DNA of 64,000 nucleotides from Octopus sinensis (Eukaryota), in contig NC_042998.1 of assembly GCF_006345805.1 (NCBI RefSeq), positions 31,310,001 through 31,374,000 on the forward strand, written 5' to 3'. Below the pieces are notes generated by a model that saw only the letters and a program-made list of their open reading frames with translations, was not told the DNA's origin and did no database searches. Of this stretch, positions 26,094-40,464 are shown piece after piece. The position numbers and the translations under genes are program-made. Each line of letters begins with the position of its first letter. Positions within the stretch are counted from its first letter, which is position 1.

Positions 26094-26599
26094 GTAAGAA
26101 AATTGAACATTCATGTAAATTGTTTAACTCTTTAACATTTAAACTGGTCATACCTGGCTCAAATACTCTACTTGTTTTATGTTCAAACCAATCAGATCTG
26201 TCATTTCACACCTATCCTATAATGTCCTCCCCAAAAATAAATAAGTGTTACATTTGACAATAATCTGAATGCTAAAGGGTTAATCTTTATATATATATAT
26301 TTTGAATATTATTTTAATGAAAGTATTGAGTTATAAGCATTAAGTTTGTAAAGGTTAAGTGATGCTTTTTGTTTGGTTGAAGCTATTCTTTTATTTTTTC
26401 ATACTGGGAAATCTACTCATCTACGATGGAGGCATAACATGAGGGAGAGAAGTCATAACAGAAGTATGTATTGAGAAATGTGTAATTGGACTTGACAAAT
26501 TATTGGGTGATGTCTTAGTGAAATCACATTATTGTTGGTGATACAGCATTCTATTGCAGCTATATGATGTGTTTGTGACAAAGTGACATGTGATGATGA

Positions 26600-29045
26600 T
26601 TCACTACCAAACTTCAATTTTGGAGAGTGAATTCCAGCATTCACAGTCATCTTCCAACCATACAAATTCTTGCAGTTTACCTTTAAGCATAGTCTTACAG
26701 TTTACATTTGTGACAACCTGCCAGTCTCTCATACATGGGAATGAGAGACTGGCAGGTTGTCACCTCCGACACTCCTTTTTCCATTCAAATTCATATTTGT
26801 ATTTTCTTTATCACTTCCGTTAGTCTCAAAACTGCTCTGTCATAAATCTTCTCAACAAGTTTTGACTCTGTTCTTTCTCTCCACTCTTCACTCATTGTAT
26901 TTGTATTTGGTGATTTTAATTTGATTATTCAGCATCGCTTAAACATTCTCCAGGTACTGATGCTGCTGGTATCAACATCTTCATTTTTCTGTTTCTCAGA
27001 GACTCACTTAAACAGTTGACCTTCTCATTTGTTTTCCTGATTGTGATGGTCTAACTCCAACTTTACTGATTTTTTTTCTCCCCTCCAATCCTGCTATCTG
27101 TAAAACTTCCTCCTTGTCTCCACTTGGTGATTCTGATTATGGCATTGTATGGCTGGATATTGCTCTTAGCAAGAAGTTAGCTGATGTGTCCCATTTTTAC
27201 AGAATGTTGTCCAGCACTGAATGGTGTGACTTGACAGCTTCAGAGATTTCCTCTAAGGTCCTCTGTGGAATGAGGTGCTTGAACTTAAGGAGTGTGCATT
27301 TGGGTTTGCTCTGTAGATTCAAGCTGGCATTTTGTTTATCATTCCATCTTGCAAATTGCAGATGAGGCTTTGCTCTTCTTGGTTCCCTTCTGCATGTTTA
27401 GCAACTCTTCACAAGAATAATTTTTTCCATGTCCATCAGTGGGAAAAGACTAATGAGAGCAAGCGGAATTTTTGTACACAATAAGTGTAGGAGGGTCAGG
27501 AATGTTGTAAAGTTTGTGTACCTCCAGTACACTAATGACCATCTTGCTTCACAAAAACTTGAATCTCTGGACTTCTAGAGAATTTACAACAATGTTCTCA
27601 ACAAGTATAAATCGTCTGCTCCTTCTCTTTATCATAGGCCAGAAGTTCTTTTGACTTTGAAGGACAGAGCTGAGCTGTTTGCTTGGTAGCCGTCTGCTAA
27701 TTCTATTGTAGATGACACAGATCATCTACTGCCTGAGTGAGGACTCTTTCATATAACAGCGAAAAGGGTTGCAGCTATGATTGGGAAACCGGATCCAACC
27801 AGGGTTTCTGGTCCTGGTGTTATACCACTTGCTTTCCAGTGATGTAACCCCGAATTAGCCCCACTTCTTTTGGGATTGTTGAACAACTTTCGTCTGGCAG
27901 GGAAATATCAGACTTGCACAATTATTAGCCTATAAGTCTTCTTCCTGTGGTTATCAAGGTCTTTTGTTAAGGTCTATTGTTAAGGCGACTTTGTTCAAAC
28001 ACTTTGACACTTTTGATCTTTTCCCTGATTTTCAATATGGTTTTCATGCATCTAGGTCTACTGCTAATGTTCTTACTGTCATACCTGAACATTTCTAGCA
28101 TTCACTTAGCTCTTCTGTTGAAGTTAGGGCTATCTCTTGATATTTCAAAGGCATTTGACAGTGTGGCATCCTGGTCTGATCTATAAGCTCAGAAGCTGTC
28201 ATCTGTCTGGGCCTGTTCTTAACATAAAGTCATTTCTTTCAAATTGACTAATCAAGGTGGTCCTAGATGGCCAGCAGTTGGTTAAAATTAGCAGCCTTGA
28301 CCAAGCTTCCTTTCTTAAGGTGGATCTTTGCATGGTCATAGAATTGGTTAGCAACTGGCTGATAACTTTTAATGCTGGCAAGGCTTTTGGTAATCATTAT
28401 AGGCAGGGATGATATTCTAGAAAGCTACAACAATGTTCTCAACAAGTATAAATCGTCTGCTCCTTCTCTTTATCATAGGCCAGAAGTATCCAACATCTTG
28501 GTTTGACTTTGACCAAAGATCTCTCTGAGAACAAATATGTTCAGTCTATGGTGATGTTAACTGCCAAGAAGGGGAGAGTTTTCTTCCAGCTTGCAAATTT
28601 CTTATCTCTGAGAATTTCTTATATCTCTATAAATCTACCAACTGGCTTTGCATTGCTGTCACTTTGAGACCTCTTCTGGGCGTCCTAACTTGCTTCATCA
28701 AATTCCAAATGAAGTTGTTAACATGATAGGTCCTCTTCTTTTTACTAGGTTGGAATCTTTGGTTTATCATTGAAATATATCTTTGTTGCATCTTTTTTAG
28801 AAGTATTTCCATGGGGTCATTGCTCTGATGAATTTTCTGGTTTAGTATCCTTTGTTAAGACCTTTAAATATATCACTTGTTTCTCTTCCCAAACACATTG
28901 TTTCTCTGTTGAGCGTCCTGTTAGTAATAAGCACTTTTATTCTAATACCTTCTTTCCTCAAACTGCTACTCTATGGAACTCACCACCATCATCTTGTTTT
29001 ACTCTGGGCTATAGTATTCATTCCTTTAAGCTTTCTGTTAACTGA
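26600..29045 (+). mobile_element. Heavily decayed LINE (CR1/L2-like ORF2)
   Basis: Fragments FQYGFHASRST, LDISKAFDSV, ILGLTLTKDLS and YSNTFFPQTATLWNS.P...FK; many stops and frameshifts. Confidence 0.75.
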
Positions 29046-29284
29046 CATATTTTTAATTTGTAGGCCCCTTTTTGTTTTTTGGTAAAAAAAAAAAGAGCTT
29101 TAGAAAGTGCTTGTGGCTTGATATGGTGACAATGTTTTGTAACTTCAAATTTGGTTCACATGATATTTATTTAACTGAGAATAATTTGCACCTAATTTTG
29201 TAATACTTAGTTTCTACTCCAATTCTGTTGTAGGAATTGGCTATAAGCAATCTAATTAATGTAATTATATTACTGTTAATAGTT

Positions 29285-29935
29285 TAATTAACCTTTGAGA
29301 ACTCATGAATAAGAGACTGAGACCTTTGGAGATATGCTGTGATTGAGAAGACCCAGCAACTAAAGTGAGATTGCAGCCATGGCCAATACCAGTATTGCAT
29401 GTCTGGCCCATTTAAGAGGACCCTTGATGCGTTGGGTGATATGATATGCTTGAGAAAACCTGTTGAGTCAAGTAAAACCAAAATTGCAGCTGTGGCCAGT
29501 GCCCCCTGACTGGCTCTTGTTCTGGTGGCATGTAAAAAGTACTATCTGAATGTGGCCAATGCCAGTACCCCCTGACTGTCTCCTGTTCCAGTGGTATGTA
29601 AAATGCATCATCTGAACGTGGTTGATGCCTGTGTCCCCTGACTGGGTCCTATGCCAGGGGCATATCAAAAGCACCATCTGAATGTGGTCGATGTCAGGTC
29701 CGCTTGACTGGCTCTCGTGCCAGTGGCATGTAGAAAGCACTATCCAAACGTGATCGATGCCAGGTTCACTTGACCAGTCCCCATGCCAGTGGCATGTAAA
29801 AAGTGCATCCAGCTGTAGAAGTATTGCCAGATCAGATTGGAGACTGGTACAGCCGCTGGCTCTTCAGACCTCAGTCAAACTGTTCAACCCATGTCAGTAT
29901 GGAAAATAGATGTTAAATGACAACGACGATGATGT
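29285..29935 (+). mobile_element. RTE LINE 3' end with ~68-bp tandem UTR subrepeats
   Basis: About five copies of GTGGCATGTAAAAAGCAC..CTGACTGGCTC, then the shared RTE tail ending GATGATG. Confidence 0.75.
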
Positions 29936-31429
29936 CAGTGGGGGTTTGAACTCAATATAAGATGTAGCTAAAAACATGGCAGTTAGTCTTACACTTGATC
30001 ATACCCACCTCTCTCCAAATCTGTCTTAGTCACAATGGAAATATCAAATTGATTTAACTGTTCCGTATATTCATTTACTCATCAGTAGTAATGTAAATTA
30101 ATATTCTCTTAGAGAGTTCAGTTTATGAAGATGCATTGTAAATGAAATAAGATACTATATTTTTAGTCTATGCTGTAGTTACTACTTTGTGTCTTTAAGA
30201 CATTAATCTCTGTTTGCTCCACTTTTGCTTCTGGGGAAATTAGCTGTGAAGTGAATTGTTATAGCTTGGTATCTTATTGATAGATTAGACTACATTGAAT
30301 TATTTAATGATCAGTTCAGCTGTTTATTGCCAAAAGCTTGGTGGTACTAGCAATCATTTAACTCTCATCCATATGTTACTGGATGTGGAAACTAAATATA
30401 AATCTATTATTTAGCCACAAAATTTCAATCTGAAGCACAAACATTTAAAAATATATATTTGGTTTTGGCAGTCATGAAAAAGAATGAAGCCAAACAACCA
30501 CTCAAAGAAGGACTTCAATTTATGTTTGTTCTGTTTTCTTCTATGATTCTGTCTAATGTCACACCTCATTCAGAATAATTCATACCCTTCCTAATGCAAA
30601 CCACTTTACAGTGTACTGGGTGCTTTTACATGGTACTGACACAGGTACTTTTGATATGGCACCAGCTCAGGTGCTTTCTACATGGCATTGGCATGGGTGC
30701 TTTTAATGTGGCATCAGCATGGGTGCTTTTAATGTGGTGCTAGCACAGGGGATTTTTACATGACATCAATACCCATGAGGTCACTGAGTGTCTTGCAAGA
30801 TAAAGAATTCTTAGCTGAGAGAGAGAGAGAGAGAGAAAGGAACTGAGAGAGGTGGCCATGTACCAGGTGAGAGATTGGAGTATGTTGGAAGGTCAGGGAT
30901 AGATGTCTTACTTCAGAAGAGATACTTGGCTACTCCAATAGCACAAGAAATTAGAGGAAGGTGGGGGTAAAGAGAGAGACAGTCAGAGAGAGAGAGTGTG
31001 TGTTTGTGAGAGAGAGAGAGGAGGTGAGAGTGAAAGAAGGAGATGGCCTTCTCATTGGAAACAGTTGGGGGTGGGGAGCATAAGTGACACAGAGGGAATA
31101 AAGATTTATCTTCTGTAGTTATTTCTGTCCAAGGCATCATTTTTACCTTTGTAGCAGTTGATTATGATGCTGCTGCACCAATCGTTTGGTATGATTCCCT
31201 TGTGGATTACCTGATTATCTATTTATTAATTTTAAAAATTATTAAGGAGATGTACTTGCATAGCGAGTGACTTGATCTGAGATCGTGTGTTGGCTTATAA
31301 ACACCTTCCATGCTGCGAAAATTATTAAGTTTTTAATAAAAAAAAAATGTAGCATATACTTTAATTAATGCAAAATCACTCTCTTAATTTTCTTTTGTAA
31401 TCTGTGTAGTTTCCATTTATTTATTCTAG

Positions 31430-31479
31430 TATTTGTGAGAATTACAAAGAAACATGTCGTCCACAACCAAATGCTATTG
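31430..31479 (+). CDS. Exon: TILa end (50 nt)
   Basis: ttattctAG|T ATT TGT..ATT G|GTAAGT; CICENYKETCRPQPNAI; phase 2 to 1. Confidence 0.87.
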
Positions 31480-31645
31480 GTAAGTTAAAACTGTTTTTGA
31501 TTTTTAATTAAAAATGCTTAAAGTAATTTCCACCTGAATTAGATGAATTTTCTGGATAATTTTGATTGTAAACCAAATATTTTAATCACATTATTATTGT
31601 CACATATAAAGAGATCCTGATTTAAAATGTTTCCTATGGTTTTAG

Positions 31646-31816
31646 TACATGCTAACTGGACTGAATGGACGCAATGGACAGAATGCAGTCGTTCTTGTCA
31701 ACCTGGAGGATTAAGATCCAGGAACAGATTTTGCTCAAATCCCCTGCCTCGTTGTGGAGGAGATAAATGCTTAGGTGATGCAGTTGAAATGAAGCCTTGT
31801 AATGAACAAGAATTTT
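31646..31816 (+). CDS. Exon: TSR 4
   Basis: ttttAG|TACAT..TTTT|GTAAGT; VHANWTEWTQWTECSRSCQPGGLRSRNRFCSNPLPRCGGDKCLGDAVEMKPCNEQEF(C). Confidence 0.94.
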
Positions 31817-33148
31817 GTAAGTAGAACTGCTTCTTATATTTACTTATATTTTTTTTATTCTTTAACTTGTTTTCAGTAGTTTGACTGTGGCCATGCTGAA
31901 GCCCCATCTTTAGTTGAACAAATCGACCCCAGAGCTTATTCTTTGTAAGCCTTGTACTTATTTATTAGTCACTTTTGCTGAACCGCTAACATTGGCTGTC
32001 AAGCGATGGTGGGGGATAAACACAGACAGAAGTCAGTCGGCATGATAGATCGTTAGCCACTACACACATTTTTTTCTCTCCTTGTTTTTTCTGTGTCCCT
32101 TCCTGTAGAAGAGCGTAGGCTCAAAATGTAAAAGACATTTTCTATTCCTGAGCGTTATACTAATACATCTGTTTATTTTGTACACCACCTGTCTTTGTCT
32201 TTTGCGTAAACTCTCCCTATATATATATATATATAGCCTCAGGTCAAACAAAGCCTTATATATATATGACAGGCTTCTTTCAGTTTCCATCTACCAAATC
32301 CACTCTCAAGGCTTTGTTTGACCTGAGGCTATAGTAGAAGACACTTGCCCAAGGTGCCATGCAGTGGAACTGGATATGGAACCATGTGGTTGGGAAGCAA
32401 GCTTCTTATCACTTAGCCACTCTTGTGCCTATAATTTACTTATATATATTAAACATTTCCTCAGATTTTTTCTGAATTAGATTGATTTTGTTTTTATACT
32501 TTATCATTAGCAACCATAATTGGTTTGATGTTTGCTTTTCTTTTAATGGTCTAGCATACAATGTCTCTTTGTTAACTGATCAAGTAAGCTGATGAGGTCT
32601 TATAGAGCAAAACATGATCATAGTTGTCTCTTGCCAGTAAACAAAGATCAGACTTTTCCCCAAGCACGTAACTTGAGAGATCATTTTCTTAATTTCTAAA
32701 AATTATTTTTCCTTTTCTTTGGGATTCTCTAACAATTATTACTGGTTTCCTTTTTTACTTCTTCTCTCCAACTAAGTTGGAAATTTTAGTTAAGATACTT
32801 TTGCAAACAATATTCAATACACCATCTCTTAACGATTATTTAAAATAACTAAACTGGCTTGAAGAAACTTTTAAAATTGCCAAATAAGTTAAGATTTGTA
32901 AAATTTCATAAATAGGAGCTGGTTGTGTTTTAAAGCATGTTAATCTTTATTTCAGGTTTAAAGTTTTTAGAAATTCTTGAGTAATGATTACTTAAAATAA
33001 TGATTCTGATGTTATTAATAAAATGTAAATTCTATCCAAGTCTGAATTAATTGTGACATTTAAATTAATTTTTTTTTCAAGTTTCATCTAATTATTATTT
33101 CTAATTTGAAAACTATTAACATCATCAACTATTATTGCCTACCTTAAG

Positions 33149-33301
33149 GTTGTACATATACACCATGGTCATTCTGGTCGAGTTGCAGTGCGAGTTGTGG
33201 CCCTGGTATTCAAACAAGACAGCGACAGAGCATGGATAAAAATAATTGTGATGTAGATCCGATAAATGAGAGAAAAACTTGTGAAGTACAGCCCTGTGAA
33301 G
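33149..33301 (+). CDS. Exon: TSR 5
   Basis: ccttaAG|GTTGT..GAAG|GTATAA; CTYTPWSFWSSCSASCGPGIQTRQRQSMDKNNCDVDPINERKTCEVQPCE. Confidence 0.92.
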
Positions 33302-33984
33302 GTATAATTAAGATAATTTTATATTTTTCTCTAATATCTATTTATCTGATGTGATAGGTAAAAGAACTAAAATTAAATAAGAAGGGAAACAAATTTTTAC
33401 ATTTGTATACTATTATGTTTAAGATATTAAATATGCATTCATAATTCTTGTGACTTACATCTTATAAAGATAATTTGCCAACATAAGATGGCAGTCTTAG
33501 TTTAGGACGATTGTTGCTGTAATTTAGTCCCATGGGACATCGTCTCCAGCTGGCTATATGACACGATCTGTGTCCTTATATTTTTGAACGCGTTGCCATG
33601 TTATGTTGGCAAATTATCTTTACTCCAAAGTACTGTTGCTGAATATCTCTCATTGTGAGATTTACAAATAGTAATTTTCTAATTTACATCTTATGGTTTT
33701 CTATCAATAACCCTATCCCCAAGTTTGACATTGGGTTAAAATTAGAAGTAATTATTTATCCTCTACACTAATGCATTTTGAAGAATATATTTCCATCGCT
33801 CTCATACCAACTGTACAGAATCTTCCCCTTCTAACTAATAAACTTACCCATCTCGCATTTGCCATTTATTTCACTTTTAATTCTCCACTGCTTACACACA
33901 ACAATGTCTCCTTTTTTAACCCCTGAAATTTTCTCTTAAAAAATAAAACTGTAGTGAACCTGACTATTATATTTTCTTTTGCAG

Positions 33985-34140
33985 CTGCTTGTGGACAATG
34001 GTCTAACTGGAGTTCTTGCTCTGGTGTTTGCAATTTAGGAACACGATTTCGGAAGTTTATTGTCTATAGCACTGAATCAACTAATTCGCTGTGCAAAACC
34101 AAATATGACTTTGTTAAATGCAACTTAGACAACAAATGCA
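33985..34140 (+). CDS. Exon: TSR 6
   Basis: ttttgcAG|CTGCT..TGCA|GTAAGT; AACGQWSNWSSCSGVCNLGTRFRKFIVYSTESTNSLCKTKYDFVKCNLDNKC. Confidence 0.92.
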
Positions 34141-34664
34141 GTAAGTAGACTGATTTATTGTGTTATTGGCTGTGGTTGTTGAAATGTTTACACTATGAAT
34201 CCCATTTTATTTGTCAGCTATACTATGTTTCAGTTGGTTTCTATCAGTTGTTGTCAGTCTTTTGCTGGGTGAAACTCTTTGTACCTATGTGTCAATGCTG
34301 TTGTCATTTTATCTCTGCTGGTTGTGTACCTATATATCTATATTAGCTAACTCGGGGTTGAATGGGATGCTCTGGTGGTTGGGTGATTAGCCATGGCCAT
34401 TGCCACCTCAGTACAATTTGGACTCATTATGTGCAGAGTTGAAACAGATACTGCAAGGTATCTCTTCCAACATTTTAATTCTGCTCATCTACCACTCTGG
34501 TACTTAATTTATCAACCACAAAAAAGCTGAATAGTAATGCTAAGCTTGGTGCAGTCTGAACTTAGAGGTCAGAAAGCTGGAATGAATACCTCAAGGAATT
34601 CTATCCACTCTTTAATAACCACTTTCAACTGTCTTCAGTTATATATATAGATAGATAGATGGGT

Positions 34665-35140
34665 ATAAGCGGCGTCAGATGCGAAGTGCAAGAGAGACGA
34701 CTGCACTGGTATGATTATGTGATGCATATAAAAGAGAACAGCTGTGTAAAAAAGTGCTGATCTCTAACTGGGGAGGGAACCTGTGGAAGAGGTAGAACCA
34801 GGAAGACATGGGATGAGGTGGTGAAGCATGATCTTCAAATGATGAGCCTCTCAGAGGCAATGACAATTGACCAAGATTTTGGCGATATGCTGGGCTTGAT
34901 AAGATTTGTCAAGCCAAGTGAAACCATAGTCATGGCCACTGCCAGTTTCATGTAAATGGCACCCATGTCTGTGGTGTGTAAAAAGCACCTCTTACACTCT
35001 TGGAGTAGTTGGCTTTAGGAAGAGTGTCCAGCCATAGAAACCATGCCAAATCAGACTGGATCCTGGTGCAGCTCTCTGGCTTACCAGTTCCAGTAAAACC
35101 GTTTAACTTATGCCAGTATGGAAAGTGGACTTGATATTTA
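34665..35140 (+). mobile_element. RTE LINE 3' fragment
   Basis: Q.RRL.WY..V, GRGR.RKTWDEVVKHDL remnant plus the UTR tail. Confidence 0.8.
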
Positions 35141-37225
35141 TCATTGTCAGTATTGTTGTTTAATACCCCTGCTTTTCTGATGCTGGCAGGGGTCAAACAA
35201 ATCTTATCGAGGCAGTTTTCTATGGCTGGATGCCCTTCCTGTTACTAGTCCCTACTTGTTCTTCAAATAGTGTATCTTATTAATGGCCTTTACTTGTTGA
35301 AACTTCAAGATACATTATGTATTGCTTCTAGATGCTAATAAGCATCACTGCTTTTATTCAAACTCTGATAAATGTGAAGACATGTAGGAAGGAAAAGTTC
35401 TGTACTCATGCCAACACACCAATGCACCCCCCATACACACACACACAGGCACACACATAAGCATTCTGTCACATATATATTCTAATGACACCAATAACCT
35501 GTGGATCTTTGAAGTCATTGTCACTCTTTTCTGCATAAAAATGTAATGCTCTATATAAGTGTATTAAGTTATATTTCAATTATGAGTGGATTGTTTTTGT
35601 TTTATAACTATACATAAAAATAAACATGCACACACACACACACACTTATGTATACACCGCCATACACAGAGTATGCTTCTGTACAGTTTCCATCTTCCAA
35701 CTTCTTCTCATTGGTCTGAGACTGTAGTAGATGATAATATGCAGTAAGACCAAACCTCAAGCCATATGATTGTAAAGTGGACTGTGTAACCACACAGCAA
35801 TGTAGACTAGGTCTGGCATCAATCATTTTGCATTTATCAGCATCACTGTATATGGTGGCATGTAAAAAGCTCCCACTACACTCTTGGAGTGGTTAGCATT
35901 AGGAAGAAACTCTGCCAGATCAGATTGGAGCCTGGAGCAGCCGCTGGCTCTCCAGACCTCAGTCAAACCGTCCAACCTATGCCAGCATGAAAAACGGGCG
36001 TTAAACAATGATGATGATGATACACACATGAGTGCAATAAGGTGGAAAAAATAGTACTCAAATGACAAAGTTAGAGTAAAATAATATTTTAATGAAGTTA
36101 AAAAGTCTTCACAAACTGTTACCATAGGTTTCACATAATTGATCATCAGATAGTTGTGAGTATTCAAACAATGCAACAATCTATATGTATTTATAAGTAT
36201 TCATAATTACCAACTCACCAAATAAACATTTAAAGCTGATAGGTCAATTAGTTTTCAAAATAAGGAGAATCTGTTGGAAGAAAGTAATTGACTATAATGG
36301 AAAAGTATGTAGACATTGAGTTGAATAAAAGTTAAGAATTGTTTCTCCTTGTAGAAATGGGTATTAAAAATAAATAGATAGAATGAGAAAGACCTTATCA
36401 GAAATAAGCTGTTGCTTACGAATGAAATGGAAATAAAAATTAAAGATCAAATTTACAAGAGCAAATGAGTATCGCAGAAAAAAAATGGAAACAATTTATG
36501 AGGTTTCTCACTACACTCTTTTTCTGTCTCATTCAACTGCCTGGTATATCCTTGGGTTGTCCAAGGCCTTGGGAATAATATCTGGTCAACTGAAACTATG
36601 TACAAGCCCCTTGGAAGGATTGGATTGATCCTGGTTTAGGGTGGTAGACATAATTAGTCACCTGGTTTTACATTTACCTGGCTCTTGAGTACTTTTTTTC
36701 AGATTACAGTTTGTTGCAGACATTCAGGTTAGGTATCTAGTATCAGAATAATCTCTATTTCCTTTTATCTCCTCATTAAACTAGTAAAAAAAGAAAATTC
36801 TTTGTGAGTATATGCTTACAATATATATGTATATATATCTATCTACTTCACTCTTGTCCCTCATTCACTACATCAACTGCTACCCCTGACTCTCACCATC
36901 TCTCACTCTCTCCACTCACTCTTGCAACCTTTACCCATCTACCATTCCTGATCTTCTCTCTTCAAACTTTCTTCTATTCATCTTATCCCTTGTGTAGTGC
37001 TAGAATTCTTTTACTGTTAATATTTATATAGACTGGTGGTTCCCAACCTTTTTGACTACCAAAGACTCCTTTTATTTAAATGAGTTTTCCCACAGACCCC
37101 AGGATATTGAAAGGTCTGTCAGCTTAACATATTCACAGATACCTTTGCAGACTACCAGGGGTCCATGGACCACTGAACTAGACTGTATTAAATAATAGCA
37201 TAAAAGAAATCATTATTATTTTCAG

Positions 37226-37434
37226 ATTGTAACAGTAGTTTAGAAGAATGGTCTGTTATTGCTGGTTGTGAAGCCAAATGTGAAGAACTTGTTTCTCCTG
37301 CAAATAGTTCATTCTGTGAAAATTGGAATTATGGCTGCAAATGTATCAACGGTTTGTACAGAGACAAAAATGGTAAATGTGTTCGTAGAGATCAATGTGA
37401 TCTTTCCTGTTCAGTAAATGGTACTGTAAAAAAG
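37226..37434 (+). CDS. Exon: TIL domain (8-Cys variant) plus VWC start
   Basis: ttttcAG|ATTGT..AAAG|GTAAGT; NCNSSLEEWSVIAGCEAKCEE...FCENWNYGCKCINGLYRDKNGKCVRRDQCDLSCSVNGTVKK; phase 1 to 0. Confidence 0.92.
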
Positions 37435-40359
37435 GTAAGTAAATTGAATTCTAATTTGTTATCAGTATTTATTCATTGATTGTGCATGTTTCAGTCATTG
37501 GATTGTGACCATACTGGGGCAGCCTTGAATAGTCTTGTTGATCAAATTGATCCCAGTCAAGTGACCAAACTCATTTTAAGTTTATTACTTATTCCATTCA
37601 TCATCATCGTCATCATCATTCAAGATCTGTTTTCCATGTTGGCATGGGCTGGATGGTTTGACAGGAGCTGGTCAAGAGCCACACCAGGTTCCATGGTCTG
37701 TTTTGGCATGGTTTCTACGGCTTGATGCTCTTCCTGATGCCAACCACTTTACAGAATGATATTACTCATCCAGCAGAGCATACCAGCTTCGTTCATCTCT
37801 AGCCATTGCATGTTCTCTGTATTCAGGGCCCGTGTTTCATTATCATGTAACATTGCAGTTCATACACATGCGTCATTGATTTTATTTGTTTCATCCACTG
37901 GGTTGTGGCCATACTGGGGCAATCATATTGATCCCAGTCATGTGACTAAACTTATTTTCAGTCTGTTACTTATTCCATTAATTTTACTTTCTTTTTGCTA
38001 AACCCTAAGCCATGCAGACGTAAACTGGCACCAGCTAGCAAGGAATGGGAGACAAAGATACATACATTCACACACACAAATATATATATATAGACATATA
38101 CATGACAGGCTTTCACAGTTGCCGTTTACCAAATTCACTCATAAGGCATTGGTTAGTCATAGTAGAAGACATTTAGCCAAAGTACCATGCAGTAAGTCTG
38201 AAGCCCTTTAATGACCATACGGTTGTGAAGGAAACTTAACCACATAACCATGCTTACATCTACATAATCCTATATTATACTGTGGACTAGAAAAAAAGCT
38301 CTTGAGTTATAATAAGTTGTGACTGTTATGCTTCATCCATAGGCATAAAGGGTATAAGGAAAATGAAATTGCTTTTGTTTGAATCAAAACTGGATGACAG
38401 TCTGGTGAGGAGTTGGCAGAAAGATTTGAGTGTTAGACAAAATGCTTTGCAGTATTTATTTCTACTCTGTGCTCTGAGTTCAAATCCCACCCACCTCAAC
38501 TTTATCTTTCGATAATAAAAATGTGTCAATCCAAGACTTGGATCAGCAGCAAGAAAATGATTGGGCTGAATATCCGTGGGGTGTTTGTTGCTGCTCTTTG
38601 TGATCTAAACTCAAATCTGACCAGGGCCTACTTGGAGTGGTAGACTTGGACCATTGCCTGGTTTAATTTCATCACATGGCACCTTGGGTGACCTTAACAG
38701 AGTTGTAAGCATTTAAGCTTGAATTTCAATTTGAGGGTACCTTCCTCATTCCATCACACCTGTCTTGGAGGCCCTCCTCCCACCCAAGGAAAAAAAAACA
38801 CCCCATAACATTCTAGAAGCTTACTTTTTTCTCTGTTATAATACATTAAAATAGACAAGACTTTAGTTATATTTAATAACAGTGAACTAGGATAGGTGCA
38901 TGATTGGGTATTAATTCTTGGAGAATATAATATAGAAATTGGTTTCAATATTCTGCTGGAATGGCAGCACTTCATTATTATTCTTGTAAAACTAATAAAC
39001 ATCAACCTTTTCATTAAATCATTGTTAGAGAATAATTTTGTGAAATATATTTTTTGTCTTTCTCTGCACAAATGAGTGTGAATGAATGTGGGGAAGAGTG
39101 TTCTGTCTAATTGCTTAAACAACAAAATGCTATTCTGAGTTAAGTTGTGACAGATTCTGCTTTGCTCAGATGTCAGAAACATCTCTTCTTAATCATATCT
39201 GTGTAAGTCATAGAGAAGAGAAATGGTATGTGTGACATGGGTGTACAGTGTAAAATATCTAACATTGATATTAAATGTCCTGACCTGTACCATAGCCATG
39301 GTTTGACCAATATCTGTTGAGTGAAACTGGTAGATGAAAACTGAAGAAGGCCATCATATAATATGTATGTTTATGTGAGTTTGTATCTCTCTGTCTCTGT
39401 GTATTTACTGATTGCAAATACACATACAGATGGTAGCATTTGATTGCTGTCCAACATGCAAACATGTCTGAGCTTCTTGACATGTAGCACAATCTTTGTA
39501 AACAAAAGACTCATTCAAATAGTGTTGTTTGCTTCCAGTTCTCTGTGCAACCTGCCTGAACTGTTTGTTGTTTGATAGATTGGGGTGTTTATTACCTCGA
39601 TTGAAAACAATCAGGGTTGGTATCAGTACGAACATCCAGCTGCAGAAAGCCCTGCATTATCTAACTCATGATGGTAATGAACCTCGAAAGTGTTTATTAA
39701 ATTCAAAACTATGTGATAAAGTATATTATTATGAAAGTAAATTGGCATGCTATGCAAAAAGCTCCTGTGTTGGTGCCATGTAAAGCACTGGTGCTAATGC
39801 CTCATAAAAGCACTCAGTTCCCTCTATAAAGTGGTTGGCATTAGGAAGGGCATCCAGCTGTAGAAACCATGCCAAAACAGACAATTGGAGCCTGGTGCAG
39901 CCCTTTGATGTTCCAGCTCTTGTCAAACCATCCAACCATGCCAGTATAAAAAGTGAACATTAAATGATGATGATTATTATCATAAATGAGAATTTGTTGA
40001 GGTAATTTGATAGAAACTGACACCACCTAATCTTTGTAATCTTCCCTAGAGCCATCTTATTTGATAATTCTAACAATATTATTAAATGATTGTGCTAAAA
40101 TCTTGAAAAGCTGGTTTCCACAACAGAACAGTAAAAATGTCAGTCTGGGAAAATGTCAAATATGTGGACTTTTGTAGAAGCTAAAAATTTGAAATATCTG
40201 ATTTTAGTTGGAGAAGTTTGATGTTAAATTTGTCATTTTCAGTATCAAAAATTACATGAACAATATTAAACATAGGTTTACTTTGATCAAAACTATAATT
40301 ATGTTTCAGAAAATCATTTCTAAAATAATATAACAAAATAATTATGTTATTTTTTTCAG

Positions 40360-40464
40360 AATAAAGACTTATGGAAAAAGAGTGATGACAATTGTACATT
40401 ATGTCAGTGTATTAGAGGCAAAATAAAATGTGAAAGAATTTGTAAAATCCCTGTCTGTCAAGAA
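40360..40464 (+). CDS. Exon: VWC domain core
   Basis: ttttcAG|AAT..GAA|GTAAGT; NKDLWKKSDDNCTLCQCIRGKIKCERICKIPVCQE; phase 0-0. Confidence 0.92.

Noticed and set aside
32585-32620. CTGATGA..AAAAC motif (also TCATCAG at ~22713) as further hammerheads
   Set aside because: Stem II is imperfect, GAAA is mutated and no stem I pairing could be drawn.
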